63,404 bases of DNA, from the NCBI RefSeq assembly GCF_001194135.2, contig NC_068981.1:60380408-60443811 (forward strand). The letters run 5' to 3'. Both the position numbers and the translations under genes were made by a program. The DNA comes from Octopus bimaculoides (lineage: Eukaryota). Below are positions 1 through 11,850 of this stretch, in pieces. Within the stretch, counting starts at the first letter, position 1; the number at the start of each line of letters is the position of its first letter. The notes beneath the pieces are model-generated. The model saw only the letters and a list, made by a program, of their open reading frames with translations, did not search any database and was not told the DNA's origin.

Positions 1-1410
1 CGTACCTTGTCCCGACCGTCGTACCTTGTCCCGACCCAACCATCACCAAGCTGGAGCGCATCCCCTTCCGCTTCTTGTGGAAAGGAAGCGTTCGATGGTC
101 AGGCGATCCGTTTTCTGCCAACACCGGCTGGGTATGCCGTGGTTGATGATGCGCAGACATGCGCTGAGACTACGACATCTCCGGCTCTACGTAGACGACG
201 GTGAGCAGGTGTGGTCACCGTTTGTGCGATGCGCTTTCCCGCAGCTCGTCTCCATAACCGGACTGCAGTCGTGGATCAAGAAGAGGCCGAGGAAAAGCGA
301 ATGGCACCGCGAGTATCGCGTTGCTCTCCAGCAACTCTGCCGTCCCGGGTCGACCTTGAGCGACTGCATCACAACAAACGCATTCTATTGGGGATTAGTG
401 GAGGGGAGGTACGACGACAATCTCGAGGCGAACCTGGGCGTCGAGGAGGAATACCTGACCCGCNNNNNNNNNNNNNNNNNNNNNNNNNNNNNNNNNNNNN
501 NNNNNNNNNNNNNNNNNNNNNNNNNNNNNNNNNNNNNNNNNNNNNNNNNNNNNNNNNNNNNNNNNNNNNNNNNNNNNNNNNNNNNNNNNNNNNNNNNNNN
601 NNNNNNNNNNNNNNNNNNNNNNNNNNNNNNNNNNNNNNNNNNNNNNNNNNNNNNNNNNNNNNNNNNNNNNNNNNNNNNNNNNNNNNNNNNNNNNNNNNNN
701 NNNNNNNNNNNNNNNNNNNNNNNNNNNNNNNNNNNNNNNNNNNNNNNNNNNNNNNNNNNNNNNNNNNNNNNNNNNNNNNNNNNNNNNNNNNNNNNNNNNN
801 NNNNNNNNNNNNNNNNNNNNNNNNNNNNNNNNNNNNNNNNNNNNNNNNNNNNNNNNNNNNNNNNNNNNNNNNNNNNNNNNNNNNNNNNNNNNNNNNNNNN
901 NNNNNNNNNNNNNNNNNNNNNNNNNNNNNNNNNNNNNNNNNNNNNNNNNNNNNNNNNNNNNNNNNNNNNNNNNNNNNNNNNNNNNNNNNNNNNNNNNNNN
1001 NNNNNNNNNNNNNNNNNNNNNNNNNNNNNNNNNNNNNNNNNNNNNNNNNNNNNNNNNNNNNNNNNNNNNNNNNNNNNNNNNNNNNNNNNNNNNNNNNNNN
1101 NNNNNNNNNNNNNNNNNNNNNNNNNNNNNNNNNNNNNNNNNNNNNNNNNNNNNNNNNNNNNNNNNNNNNNNNNNNNNNNNNNNNNNNNNNNNNNNNNNNN
1201 NNNNNNNNNNNNNNNNNNNNNNNNNNNNNNNNNNATTGTTTATTTTTTAAATTTTTTGTACATACCTCAAACGTTTTTTCGATGCCTTGTTTTTATCGTT
1301 ATCCCCACTTTTTTTTTTTAAACTTTATTTTCGTCCCCTCGAAAAGAAAAACTCTACATTGTATTTGTCCCATCTGTGTTGAGCCCTGTGTGGTGGCTAA
1401 TAAAGAAATC
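1..1410 (+). mobile_element. L1/Tx1-clade LINE, 3' part of ORF2 plus 3' UTR (middle hidden by gap 464-1236)
   Basis: Frame 26-463 (GMPWLMMRRHALRLRHL..VWSPF..WIKKRP..FYWGLVE..DDNL) aligns by eye with the post-RT region at 21600-21200 (-). 1345-1410 matches the 3' ends at 20472-20510 and 16365-16410. Confidence 0.85.
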
Positions 1411-1455
1411 TATCTATCTATCTATCTAGAAAATAGTATAGTATAGTATAGTATA

Positions 1456-1540
1456 GTAGGCTCGAAACGTAAAAGACCTTTTCATTTTTCCCGAGCGCCA
1501 AACTAATACACTTCCTTGTTCGTACACCTCTTTTCGTCTT
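1456..1540 (+). ncRNA. 3' half of a hammerhead-like motif (family 2) in a Penelope-like repeat remnant
   Basis: GTAG-GCTC-GAAA-CG-TA-AAAGA at 1456-1476, then CCCGAGCG..AAACTAATAC, homologous to 40800-40895 (-). The 5' half is replaced by (TAGTA)n. Confidence 0.55.
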
Positions 1541-2182
1541 TTGTTATTGTTTTTTTTTAAAATTCCACTATCATTTCTCTTTTGATAACTTCCTCCTTTC
1601 TCTGTTTATACTTTATCTAATAAGAATAATATCGTTTCTTTATTATTCTCGCATATTTTGATGTATTTTAGTATTTCCCCCCATAAATACATTTATATGC
1701 TATAAAAAAGAAAATTTGAGAAATTGTGAATGTTTTGCAACCCCACTCCCTTCCCCTGATTGTTTCTGTTCAGAAACTAAAATATTGGAGAGCCTGAAAA
1801 AGTCTGTGTTGGTATTTATCCATAGTGATCTTAAAAACTTACAGAGATGTGCTTGCATAGCAAGTGACTTGATCTGAGATCGTGTACTGAAACAAAAACA
1901 ATTCTAGCGTAGATGTTTGTAAGTCATTCAAGAACACACAAAAACCGTTAGTTTCACTTCACTACTTATATACACAGGTTCTGATGGATCTACGTAACGA
2001 TATGAAGGGAAGGTTTAGTTTATAAGGTTTAGGGTCAGTTTTGGGGTTAGGGTGTCATTACACGTCCACACAGCATACATTTAAAATGTTTTGTACGTAA
2101 TACCTGTATTTAAGTAGTACCGTTAAGGGACCTCTGTATTTGAGTATTACCAGTTTCACTTCAACATTAAAATTGTCAGTGA

Positions 2183-2213
<31 letters not shown>

Positions 2214-2457
2214 TTCATTGCCTTTTATTTGTGTGTATGTGTATCTATGTGTATGCACGAGTGTGCATGTGTGTATGTGTGTGTGTGTGTGTCACTGTTG
2301 AAGTCGCTCCTGCAACTTGTTTGTGTATATATTGGCTTAGTGGTATAGAATGTTTGGAAAGTGTGAATAAGATGCAGGTTTCGAGTACTTGTCGGTAACT
2401 TTTTTTTTGTCCTCGTCTTTTAGTAGTAATTAGCCAACTTTCTAGGTTCTTCTCACA

Positions 2458-2613
2458 GGGGTGGCCGTGTGTTAAAGTAGCTTGCTTACCAACCACATGG
2501 TCCCGGGTTCAGTCCCACTGCGTGGCGCCTTGGGCAAGTGTCTTCTACTATAGCCTCGGGCCGACCAAACCTTGTGAGTGGATTTGGTAGACGGAAACTG
2601 ACAGAAGCCCGTC

Positions 2614-2649
<36 letters not shown>

Positions 2650-2743
2650 NNNNNNNNNNNNNNNNNNNNNNNNNNNNNNNNNNNNNNNNNNNNNNNNNNN
2701 NNNNNNNNNNNNNNNNNNNNNNNNNNNNNNNNNNNNNNNNNNN

Positions 2744-2774
<31 letters not shown>

Positions 2775-2966
2775 CCCCCCACCCCCATCGCTTGACAACC
2801 GATGTTGGTGTGTTTACGTCCCCGTAACTTAGCTGTTCGGCAAAAGAAACCGATAGAATGAATACTAGGCTTAGAATAAGTCCTGGGGTGGATTTCCTCG
2901 ACTAAAGGCGGTGCTCCAGCATGGCCGCAGTCAAATGACTGAAACAAGTAAAAGAGTAAAAGAGCT
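2458..2966 (+). mobile_element. tRNA-derived SINE family A with central microsatellite
   Basis: Head with GGTTCAGTCCC B-box-like word, CTTGGGCAAGTGTCTT core and tail GGTGCTCCAGCATGGCCGCAGTCAAATGACTGAAACAAGTAAAAGAG. Homologous copies at 5755, 47458, 51212 and 51977. Confidence 0.9.
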
Positions 2967-3084
2967 ATCCCACGTTCAAATATTATACGGGTATTTTAAA
3001 AAGCATTTATTCAATAAATAATGTTTTTATATTACGCATACATTGATAGAATAAAATATCGGTTTTCCAAATAGCGAATTAAAG

Positions 3085-5065
3085 CTTAAAAGAGAAACTG
3101 AGAACCTTTGCAGATGAAACAGGCTTGGTGGTCTTTCACGGCTATTGAACTTCAAGAAGCTGCGGGCAGAAAGGATTCTAAAGCTTTTTATGGTGGTCTC
3201 AATAAAGTATATGGTCCTCAAGAGCACAGTGTTACTCCTACCTTTTCATGACTCATAATGTCTATTCCACAGTACATTGAAATAGCGGAACTGTCTTTGG
3301 AGTCAACCTTCCTGGACGTGATAAACTCTATTAAACAGATTTCTTCTGGTAAAGCGCCTGGCTGGGATGCTGTCCTTTCTGAAATCTACAAGCATGGTGG
3401 ACAGAAGCTTCTTAAGAAACTGCATGACCTCTTCATAAACATTTGGATGGTAGGCCGTGTACCATAGGACTCCAAAATGCCTCAATTCAACATCTTTATA
3501 AGAACAAAAGAAACAGAAGTGACTGTGATGATCATCGTGGAATGTCGCTTCTGTCTATTGCTGGTAAGATTCTTGCTCGATTCATTCTTGACAGGATCGT
3601 CAAACATGTTGTAAATAATATCTACCCAGAATCACATTGCAGATTTCACTCTGGTCGTGGCACTATCGACATGATCTTTTCCGTTCAAGAGATCATGGAG
3701 AAGGTACGTGAGTACAACCAAGAGTTGTTCTTGATATTCGTTGACCTTACTAAGGACTTCGACTCTGTTAACCGGCATGCACTATGAAAAGTTCTGCAAA
3801 AGCTTGGTACACCTGGCAAGAGGTTGAATATTATCATCTCCTTTCATGAGGGAATGAAGGCTACTGTCGTATTCAGTAGGGAATCTTCGGCTTCCTTCGA
3901 CGTTACAAACGGCACGAAGCAAGGTTGTGTTATGGCCCCTGTTTTGTTTGCACTCTTCTTTTCAGTGATGTTGAGTTATGCTTTTGGCGACATACAAAGT
4001 GATGTCAAATCCCAGTTTCGAACACGTGGTGGACTATTCAATCATCAGCGTTTCAAAGCCAGAATACTGCTACGCACCAGCATCATTCGTGATCTACTTT
4101 TTGCAGATGGTGCTGCACTAGTAGCGACTTCATTAGAGGAAGCACAGGAACGTCTAGACCAGTTTTCTGCTGCGTGTAAAGCCTTTGGTTTGACCATCAA
4201 CATAAAGACGGAAGTGCTCCACCAATCTTGCCCTACTCTTAAACAGATTCGAAGTGTCAAGCAGAAGCCACTGGTTCATAATCTTCCTGACGATTATGAG
4301 AAATCATTTACATATCTTGATAATAAAGTGAATTCGAGCGCTTCCTTTCGTGATGAAATTGTCAACTGTCTTGCTAAGGCAACCAGCGCATTTGGCAAAG
4401 TCCGTCATCGCCTATAGAATGAAAGGGGTAAACTTGATACCAAATTACAGGTCTATAAAGCAGCCATTCTTACTACTTTCTTGTATGGCTCAGAATCGTG
4501 GATACCCTATAGACGGAACGTTAACTAATTAGACATCTTCCACAAAGACTGTCTAAGGACAATCTGCAATTATTCACTAAAAACAGAGTTTCTAATGCCG
4601 ACTTCTTTAGCAAGTGTAACATTGGTGGAACTGAGAGCTTATACAATCACAATTGCGCTGGGTTGGCCATGTCATCAGAATGAGTGACGAAAAAATAACC
4701 AAAGTCAGCTTGAGAATGGGCCAGATATAAGGACAAGCTCTAGAGTAACCTCTTAGAAATGAAGATAGCTCGCAACACCTCTGAGCGAACAGCTTTGGAA
4801 CCAACAAACTGGAAATCGTTGTGTCAAAATAGTATTAAAAATCTTGTTGCAACCAGCATTAATAGGCTTCAGGTTTCAAGGTAAAGGAGAAAACTGGCTG
4901 CAAATATACCACTGGCACTAGCCTGTAATCCTCATATTTGCAACATCTGTGGCCTTTGTAAATCGTTAGCGGGACTTAAATGTCACATTCAACATAAGCA
5001 TTATGACTAACAAAGAGTGTACGTGGTCGGAGCCTCATACATCGAAACCGACGGGAGAGTCCATC
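3085..5065 (+). mobile_element. RTE-clade (BovB-like) LINE, 5'-truncated, frameshifted RT
   Basis: ORFs 3258-4417 carry RT motifs KAPGWD, RGMSLLSIAGKILAR, FVDLTKDFDSV, GTKQGCVMAPVLF and LLFADG. C-terminal CNIC..GLKCH finger near 4940-5000. Confidence 0.92.
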
Positions 5066-5072
5066 ATAAATA

Positions 5073-5103
<31 letters not shown>

Positions 5104-5754
5104 GTATATATATATGTGTGTGGATGAATGTATGTGGATGAGTGTATATTTGTCTGCGTATATGTTTGTCAACCCACTACCGTTGTTGGATTATTTACGT
5201 TACCGCAACTTAGCGGTTTGGCAAAAGATATCGATATCATAAGTACTAGATTTATAGAAAAAAGTAGTGGTTGATTAACCTCATCAAGGTGGTGCCCCAG
5301 TATGGCCGTATGGTCTCAATGCAATGATAAAGCAATTAAATAATGTAAGATAAACCATAAGTAAGTAAAACAAGGGCCATTTAAAAGAACAACATCAATA
5401 TATGTATATTCACTTACTGCAACATCTTTTTTATCACCGACTGTATAACCTGTACAGGGATTCCAATAATACGTTTGATATTCTGTAGCAGCGTGGAATC
5501 TTTGAAAAGAAAAGGAAAAATATATATATTAGATACACGTACTAGTGTTTGCAAAAATTATAAATATAAACATTGACTAATAGTTCCAGTGAAAATATTG
5601 GCTCCTATGCAGTATAATTTTTTTTAGAACTGTTCACCGTGTTGCATCTTTACTGACACGCTAAGAAAACTATTTCGCAAAACTGATGTAATCTATCAAT
5701 CTGTACTTGTTTATATAAACTGTATTTAACGTGTTATTTTTGCGAAGAAATTGG

Positions 5755-6750
5755 CGCAGGTGTGGTCGTGTGATAAGAAGCTTGCTTCCCAGACACATGG
5801 TTCTGAATTCTATCTCACTGCGTGGCACCTTGGGCAATTGTCTTCTACTATAACTTCAGGCCTACCAAAGGCTTGTGAGTGGATTTGGTAGACAGAAACT
5901 AAAAGAAGTCCGTTGTATATACTTATGGGATCTTTTTTAAAACGGGGGCCACATTTTTCATTAACGAAACACTTTGAAACTTGGAACACTGGTAGAATGT
6001 GTCATATAAAACATCTTTTTCTCCTCGTCTTCTTTAAAAAAAAAGAAATCCATAAGTTATTCCATGTTAAAATTGTCGTATTTCTGTAATTTCAACCAAT
6101 CACTGACGTCCATTCAGCCGATATACATTAAGTGCCGACTACATAAACAAACGATTCTGAAACAATTAACCCTAACCCTAACCCTAACGTTAGGGTTAGG
6201 GTTAGGGTTAATTGTTTCAGAATCGTTTGTTTATGTAGTCGGCACTTAATGTATATCGGCTGAATGGACGTCAGTGATTGGNNNNNNNNNNNNNNNNNNN
6301 NNNNNNNNNNNNNNNNNNNNNNNNNNNNNNNNNNNNNNNNNNNNNNNNNNNNNNNNNNNNNNNNNNNNNNNNNNNNNNNNNNNNNNNNNNNNNNNNNNNN
6401 NNNNNNNNNNNNNNNNNNNNNNNNNNNNNNNNNNNNNNNNNNNNNNNNNNNNNNNNNNNNNNNNNNNNNNNNNNNNNNNNNNNNNNNNNNNNNNNNNNNN
6501 NNNNNNNNNNNNNNNNNNNNNNNNNNNNNNNNNNNNTGTGTGTGTGTGTGTGTTTCTCCCCTATCACTGCTTGACAACCGTTGTTGGTGTGTTTACATCT
6601 CTGTAATTTAGTGGTTGGGCAAAAGGGAATGATAGAATAAATACTAGACTTAAAAAATAAGTTCTGTGGACGATTTGTTCGACTAAACCCCTTTAAAACA
6701 GTGCTCCAGCATGGCCGCAGTCAAATATGTCTGAAACAAGTAAAAGAATA
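5755..6750 (+). mobile_element. SINE family A split by a fold-back element at its TA microsatellite
   Basis: Head 5755-5915 and tail 6536-6750 match the copy at 2458-2966. Confidence 0.85.
5921..6281. mobile_element. Fold-back/MITE-like element with a perfect palindrome centred on telomeric repeats
   Basis: 6096-6188 is the exact reverse complement of 6189-6281; centre (TAACCC)3TAAC|GTTA(GGGTTA)3. The right arm runs into the gap. Confidence 0.6.
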
Positions 6751-7337
6751 AAATATTGTGAGTCTGATCCTACCATTTTCTGATAAACAAAACGTGATTG
6801 ATTTTTAGTTGAATTTGGGAAATGTCAGCACTATCAGGATAACGCTGCAATTACAAAAGAGGGAATCATCAAAAGTGTCATAATCCTGATTAAAAATATC
6901 TGCAACAGGTGAAGACTGAAAATCATTCTGAAACTTTATGGTTCTGTATGGAAGTGTAATAGACGGATACACATACTTTGGACAATCAGCATGTAGACAG
7001 TGGAGTGAATCTCAGTTAAAAACCTTGCTGCTTGCAGTATAGCAATTGACTTAATTCATGGCTGAGAAGAGGAACATGTATGCATAAACTCAAGTATATA
7101 AAACCCCTTTGAGCATGAAGACTGCGGCTGGCCTCTCTGTACTCGCTTTGTGTGCTTATGTACATTTTTTTTAAACGACACTCCATTTTAGAAAAGAATT
7201 ACACACGCAATATTGTAGTTCCGGATTCACTACATCTAAGAAAAAGAGGCCCTGGACATGGATGGAATGCATTCGATCATAACTGTACTCAACCAGGATG
7301 ACTGACCTGCACCCACAAACCTACTTGCTATCTATAT

Positions 7338-7582
7338 CAGTGGTTCTTAACCATGGTCCATATGGCCCCTGTATTGGTATGTATTGCAAGAAAGAGCTAG
7401 GTTTCTTTCTTGAACATTTTACATAGTTCAACCTACACAAGTTAATTGGTAAAAAAGAGAACAGGAATTTTGAAAGAAGTGTCTATAAATCTAGTTTTTC
7501 AACACCGAATGATTAGATGGGGTCCACCATAATAAAATAGTAATCAAAGAAGTCATAGGTAAAAAATAGTTGAGAATCACTG
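7338..7582. mobile_element. hAT-like MITE
   Basis: Imperfect TIRs CAGTGGTTCTTAAC / GTTGAGAATCACTG. No 8-bp TSD is recognisable. Confidence 0.6.
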
Positions 7583-7952
7583 GTTCTGCAAGGAATAGAC
7601 GCCATGTTATTCAAATTACACCCTACCGTCATATAAAAGTAAAATATGTACTAGATGTTGTGGTTGTAAATTATTTTACAAAGACGAAATGAACTCGACT
7701 GGAGTACCTAATGTCTTTAATTAGGACTTAGCTGGAGCTATACAATAACAACAAGAACTCAGATTATAGGTAACCAATTACATATATTATTGAATATAAT
7801 TTATAGGAAAGTGTTCAAGCATTACATTACAGGTACAGGAAGGTAAATAAGCCAAGATCAGTTTTCAAGCGGTGATAGAGGCCAAAGATATACAGCAAGA
7901 CAGATACACATATATACATATACAGAAACACACACACTCACATATATATATA

Positions 7953-7989
<37 letters not shown>

Positions 7990-8469
7990 CTTCACATACA
8001 TACATACATACATGCCTCTGTATAATACTGATATGATGTGTAAACCTTGGCAGGTTGGACCCCGAAAGTAGAAACAGCTGTAAGAGTATAGTATTATTCA
8101 CCCATTTATTCTTATTCATTTATTTATTTTTTTATTTACTTGTTTATTTATTTACATATGGATATGATTGTAATTAATTAATAAATAGATCCAAATAAAT
8201 GTTCGCAGGATGATCTTTGTTGATTGACTATCTTCTCCATTTTCTTCTTTGCATTATAACTTCTGGGTAAATTTCTGCTTTACCCCCACTCGTACCTAGT
8301 ATTCAATTGCGCTACTGACCAACAACAGTAAGCATTTAAATATAAATACATAGGTATACTTTCAGTAGTCTATTGGATATTTATTATCTCTTAGATGTTT
8401 GTTTAACCTCTAACTCATACAGACGCACACACACGCACACACACATATATATATATATATATGCGTCTA

Positions 8470-9515
8470 AGGGATAACATAAATGCAATATATCGGAGGA
8501 CTCAAGCAATATCCAACCTGAATTTCCACAGGGCGGACTGGAAGTCAATTCGCAGAGAGATTCGAAATCAAAACTGGCATGACAGCCTTTCTATACAAGN
8601 NNNNNNNNNNNNNNNNNNNNNNNNNNNNNNNNNNNNNNNNNNNNNNNNNNNNNNNNNNNNNNNNNNNNNNNNNNNNNNNNNNNNNNNNNNNNNNNNNNNN
8701 NNNNNNNNNNNNNNNNNNNNNNNNNNNNNNNNNNNNNNNNNNNNNNNNNNNNNNNNNNNNNNNNNNNNNNNNNNNNNNNNNNNNNNNNNNNNNNNNNNNN
8801 NNNNNNNNNNNNNNNNNNNNNNNNNNNNNNNNNNNNNNNNNNNNNNNNNNNNNNNNNNNNNNNNNNNNNNNNNNNNNNNNNNNNNNNNNNNNNNNNNNNN
8901 NNNNNNNNNNNNNNNNNNNNNNNNNNNNNNNNNNNNNNNNNNNNNNNNNNNNNNNNNNNNNNNNNNNNNNNNNNNNNNNNNNNNNNNNNNNNNNNNNNNN
9001 NNNNNNNNNNNNNNNNNNNNNNNNNNNNNNNNNNNNNNNNNNNNNNNNNNNNNNNNNNNNNNNNNNNNNNNNNNNNNNNNNNNNNNNNNNNNNNNNNNNN
9101 NNNNNNNNNNNNNNNNNNNNNNNNNNNNNNNNNNNNNNNNNNNNNNNNNNNNNNNNNNNNNNNNNNNNNNNNNNNNNNNNNNNNNNTCACATGCAGATAA
9201 AGAACCCAGCTGATTTCTTTGACAATAGCACTCAGCAGAAAAAGACTGCATCCATTACCTACATCGACATTGAAGAGGAAGATGTGATAGCTGCCATAAA
9301 TGAAATGAGCTCAAATTCGGCAACTGGCCCCGATGGTTTCCCAGCTGTCCTCTTAAAGTCGTGTAAACAAGAACTAGCAGGACCACTCCGGATACTCTTC
9401 CAGAGTTTCCTTGCAAATGGTAAACTTCCCAAAAAGCTGAAGGAAGGCACCATATGTCCTATCCATAAAGGTGGAAGCAGAGCAGAGGCTGGGAACTACA
9501 GGCCCATCTCTCTTC
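8470..9515 (+). mobile_element. CR1/L2-group LINE fragment (EN-RT linker and start of RT)
   Basis: LNFHRADW before the gap; SATGPDGFPAVLLK..ICPIHKGGSRAEAGNYRPISL after it. Confidence 0.85.
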
Positions 9516-9655
9516 ATTATATCTTCCCACATGGCCTCAGATTCAACACGGAGGTCTACATCAAGTCCCTGGAGGAGGTAGTGCTACCCTGGGTCAAGGG
9601 GATGGCTGCTGGAAGACCTTATATCTGACAAGACTCTGCACCATGCCACACAAGC
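9516..9655 (+). mobile_element. Tc1/mariner (maT-like) transposase fragment
   Basis: IFPHGLRFNTEVYIKSLEEVVLPWVKGMAAGRPYI*QDSAPCHTS spans the second catalytic Asp region. Confidence 0.75.
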
Positions 9656-10924
9656 ACCCTGTATATATTTATTTACACATACACACATACGTACATACAT
9701 ATGTAAGTTATGCGGTAAAAAATTAGAATAATTTATTAACAGTGGTTTGCATGCGTTATAAAAGTCATAAGACAACATATTTTTTAATATATAAGAGTGT
9801 ATAAAAGATTTATACACGGAGAGAAGACCCTTGACAGGACTGCTAAAAAGGGCAGTTAAACCCAAACCACAAAGAGAATAATTCTAAAGGCACGCCGATA
9901 ATGGCACTAGAATGAATAGAAGTGAAAAATAAATTATTAGTTAATCTCATACTCGAGTTCCCTTATTAATGAGGAAATCAATTTATCATCCGTAGTTCAT
10001 CAGTAGGATCGCTAAAAGAATGCATAATTATATAGTTTAATACGTACCGAAAACACACACACACATAATTTAAAAAAACGCGTAGTAAATAAACAAACGA
10101 ACATATACTAAATACACACGCGAACAGAAAACACCGAATGTCACCAACTCTTCATCAGTTATCGGCCAGAGGGTCAAACGCAATTTTAGCCCTTATCGAT
10201 AATATTGCGTCACTCTGGAAGCATCGGCAAGAAACTTGCCGGGAATGAGACCAAAACATAACAAAACGAAACGGGCTCGAGATGAGACCGTTAGTAGAGG
10301 GACGAGGGACAAAACAGAATAAAGGCTAAGGGCCACACGAAGACAACAATTAATAATGATAATAATACATATACAACAAAACAGCCTTGGGGCTGCAAGA
10401 CAAGATTAAAGTGGGTAACGCAAAGGAGAAATGAAGACTGTCCGAAAGGACACGGGAGGGGTAGAGCGAGAAGCTCAGAAAATCGTGAGCAGTGCGGCTG
10501 AAGACAACGCGAAAAAGAATGACACCGCCATAAATCGTCATGGGTTATGTGAACGTGGGAGGAGGGTAACAGAGAAAGAGAGAGAGAAAAGAAATTAAAA
10601 GAAGCAGAGTAAAGGAAAGAGACAGAGTGGCACAAACATATTTCAATAATATTTCTTCAGATCCGGCCTCTGCTATGGTTGCTGTGTTCCACCGAGAACA
10701 AACTATTGTCTTTAAAAATTTGAATCGTTAAAACATACATATCCAGTTATGGTTTAAGTTATTGTGCCTTGTGCAATTCATAAGACAGGTATCAATTCGA
10801 TTACAAAAATAGTATTATACCTCACGTAGCAAACTAGCGTCACACAGAACTATTCCTTTTAACAACTTAAGTGAAGTAATAATATACGTAGTAGTTATAA
10901 AATATTTAAAAAAATAGGTGTTAC

Positions 10925-11124
10925 CTTGGTCTTTGTTTAGTATCAAGAAAATGTAGATTAATTTCTGTACCATTTTGAAAATTACATGAACAGGTATCCT
11001 CTTGTAAACATTTTGTACTTGATATGGATTTTGTTATTAAATTATGTCCATTGCTATAGCATGATACTTGTAGGATACCATGTAAAATATACAGTATAAA
11101 TAAGCAGAGTGAATGGTGAGACAT
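10925..11124 (-). CDS. Candidate first coding exon of a secreted or membrane protein
   Basis: AAAACA-ATG context; MSHHSLCLFILYILHGILQVSC signal-like stretch, C-x4-C-x-C cluster, NGT sequon; ends at donor AG|GTAACA. No transcript evidence available. Confidence 0.45.
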
Positions 11125-11473
11125 TGTTTTGTTCTCCAGCAACAATTTCGTAGATAAAATAGTAAGAATGAAAGTGATTTAAAATCTTATGTATTCCAGG
11201 TGAACTTCACTTAATGTTTGTTGTTTGTTATTATAGAAAGTATCTGTAATGTAGTGAAAGAAAATGATGTCATTACTAACAATATTTAGTGGAAAGTAAA
11301 GTCTACCTAACCTACTTCGTCAAGTCACGCTTGAGGGAATTATAAGTTGTATATAATTTGAAACCAGTCACATTTATATATAGAAAATTAGAAAACCCAG
11401 AGCAGTCTAAACAGACACATATTAACCTATCAACATTAAGTATATTTCATAAACGCCGATACACATATATAAA

Positions 11474-11514
<41 letters not shown>

Positions 11515-11517
<3 letters not shown>

Positions 11518-11850
11518 GGCGCACGGCTCAGTGGTTAGAGCATCGAGCTTGCGATCATGAGGTTGTGAGTTCGATTCCCGGACCTGGCTGCGTGTTGTTT
11601 TCTTGAGCAAGACACTTTATTTCACGTTGTTCCAGTTCATTCAGCTGTAGAAATGAGTTGCGACGTCACAGTTGCCAAGCTGTACCAGCCTTTGCTTTCC
11701 CTTGGATAACACTGGTGGCGTGGAGAGGGGAGGTTGGTATGCATGGGCGACTGCCGGTCTTCCATAAAAACAACCTTGCCCAGACTTGTGTCTGGAAGGG
11801 TAACTTTCTAGGTGCAATCCCATGGTCAATCATGATCGAAGGGGATCTCA
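11515..11850 (+). mobile_element. tRNA-derived SINE family D
   Basis: A box GGCTCAGTGGTTAG, B box GAGTTCGATTCC, core TTGAGCAAGACACTT. The body recurs at 56325-56550. Confidence 0.88.

Noticed and set aside
1-38. 19-bp tandem duplication at the window start
   Set aside because: A local slippage or assembly event inside dead Tx1 ORF2.
6160-6215. Possible ancestral telomere fusion site
   Set aside because: The orientation is (CCCTAA)n then (TTAGGG)n, opposite to an end-to-end fusion, with only three repeats per side.
6790-7030. Stop-free frames with plausible splice sites on both strands
   Set aside because: Mutually incompatible readings with no recognisable domain; cannot be resolved without transcripts.
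7115-7301. Neuropeptide-precursor-like reading MKTAAGLSVLALC..KR..LRKR-GPGHGWNAFDHNCTQPG
   Set aside because: It needs a frameshift in a T8 run, the nearby TATA is too close to the ATG, and there is no homology support; short look-alikes arise by chance.
11515-11590. tRNA genes (also 36433-36506, 52551-52625, 45590-45670)
   Set aside because: A/B boxes are present but the cloverleafs are imperfect and continue into multicopy bodies, so these are SINE heads.
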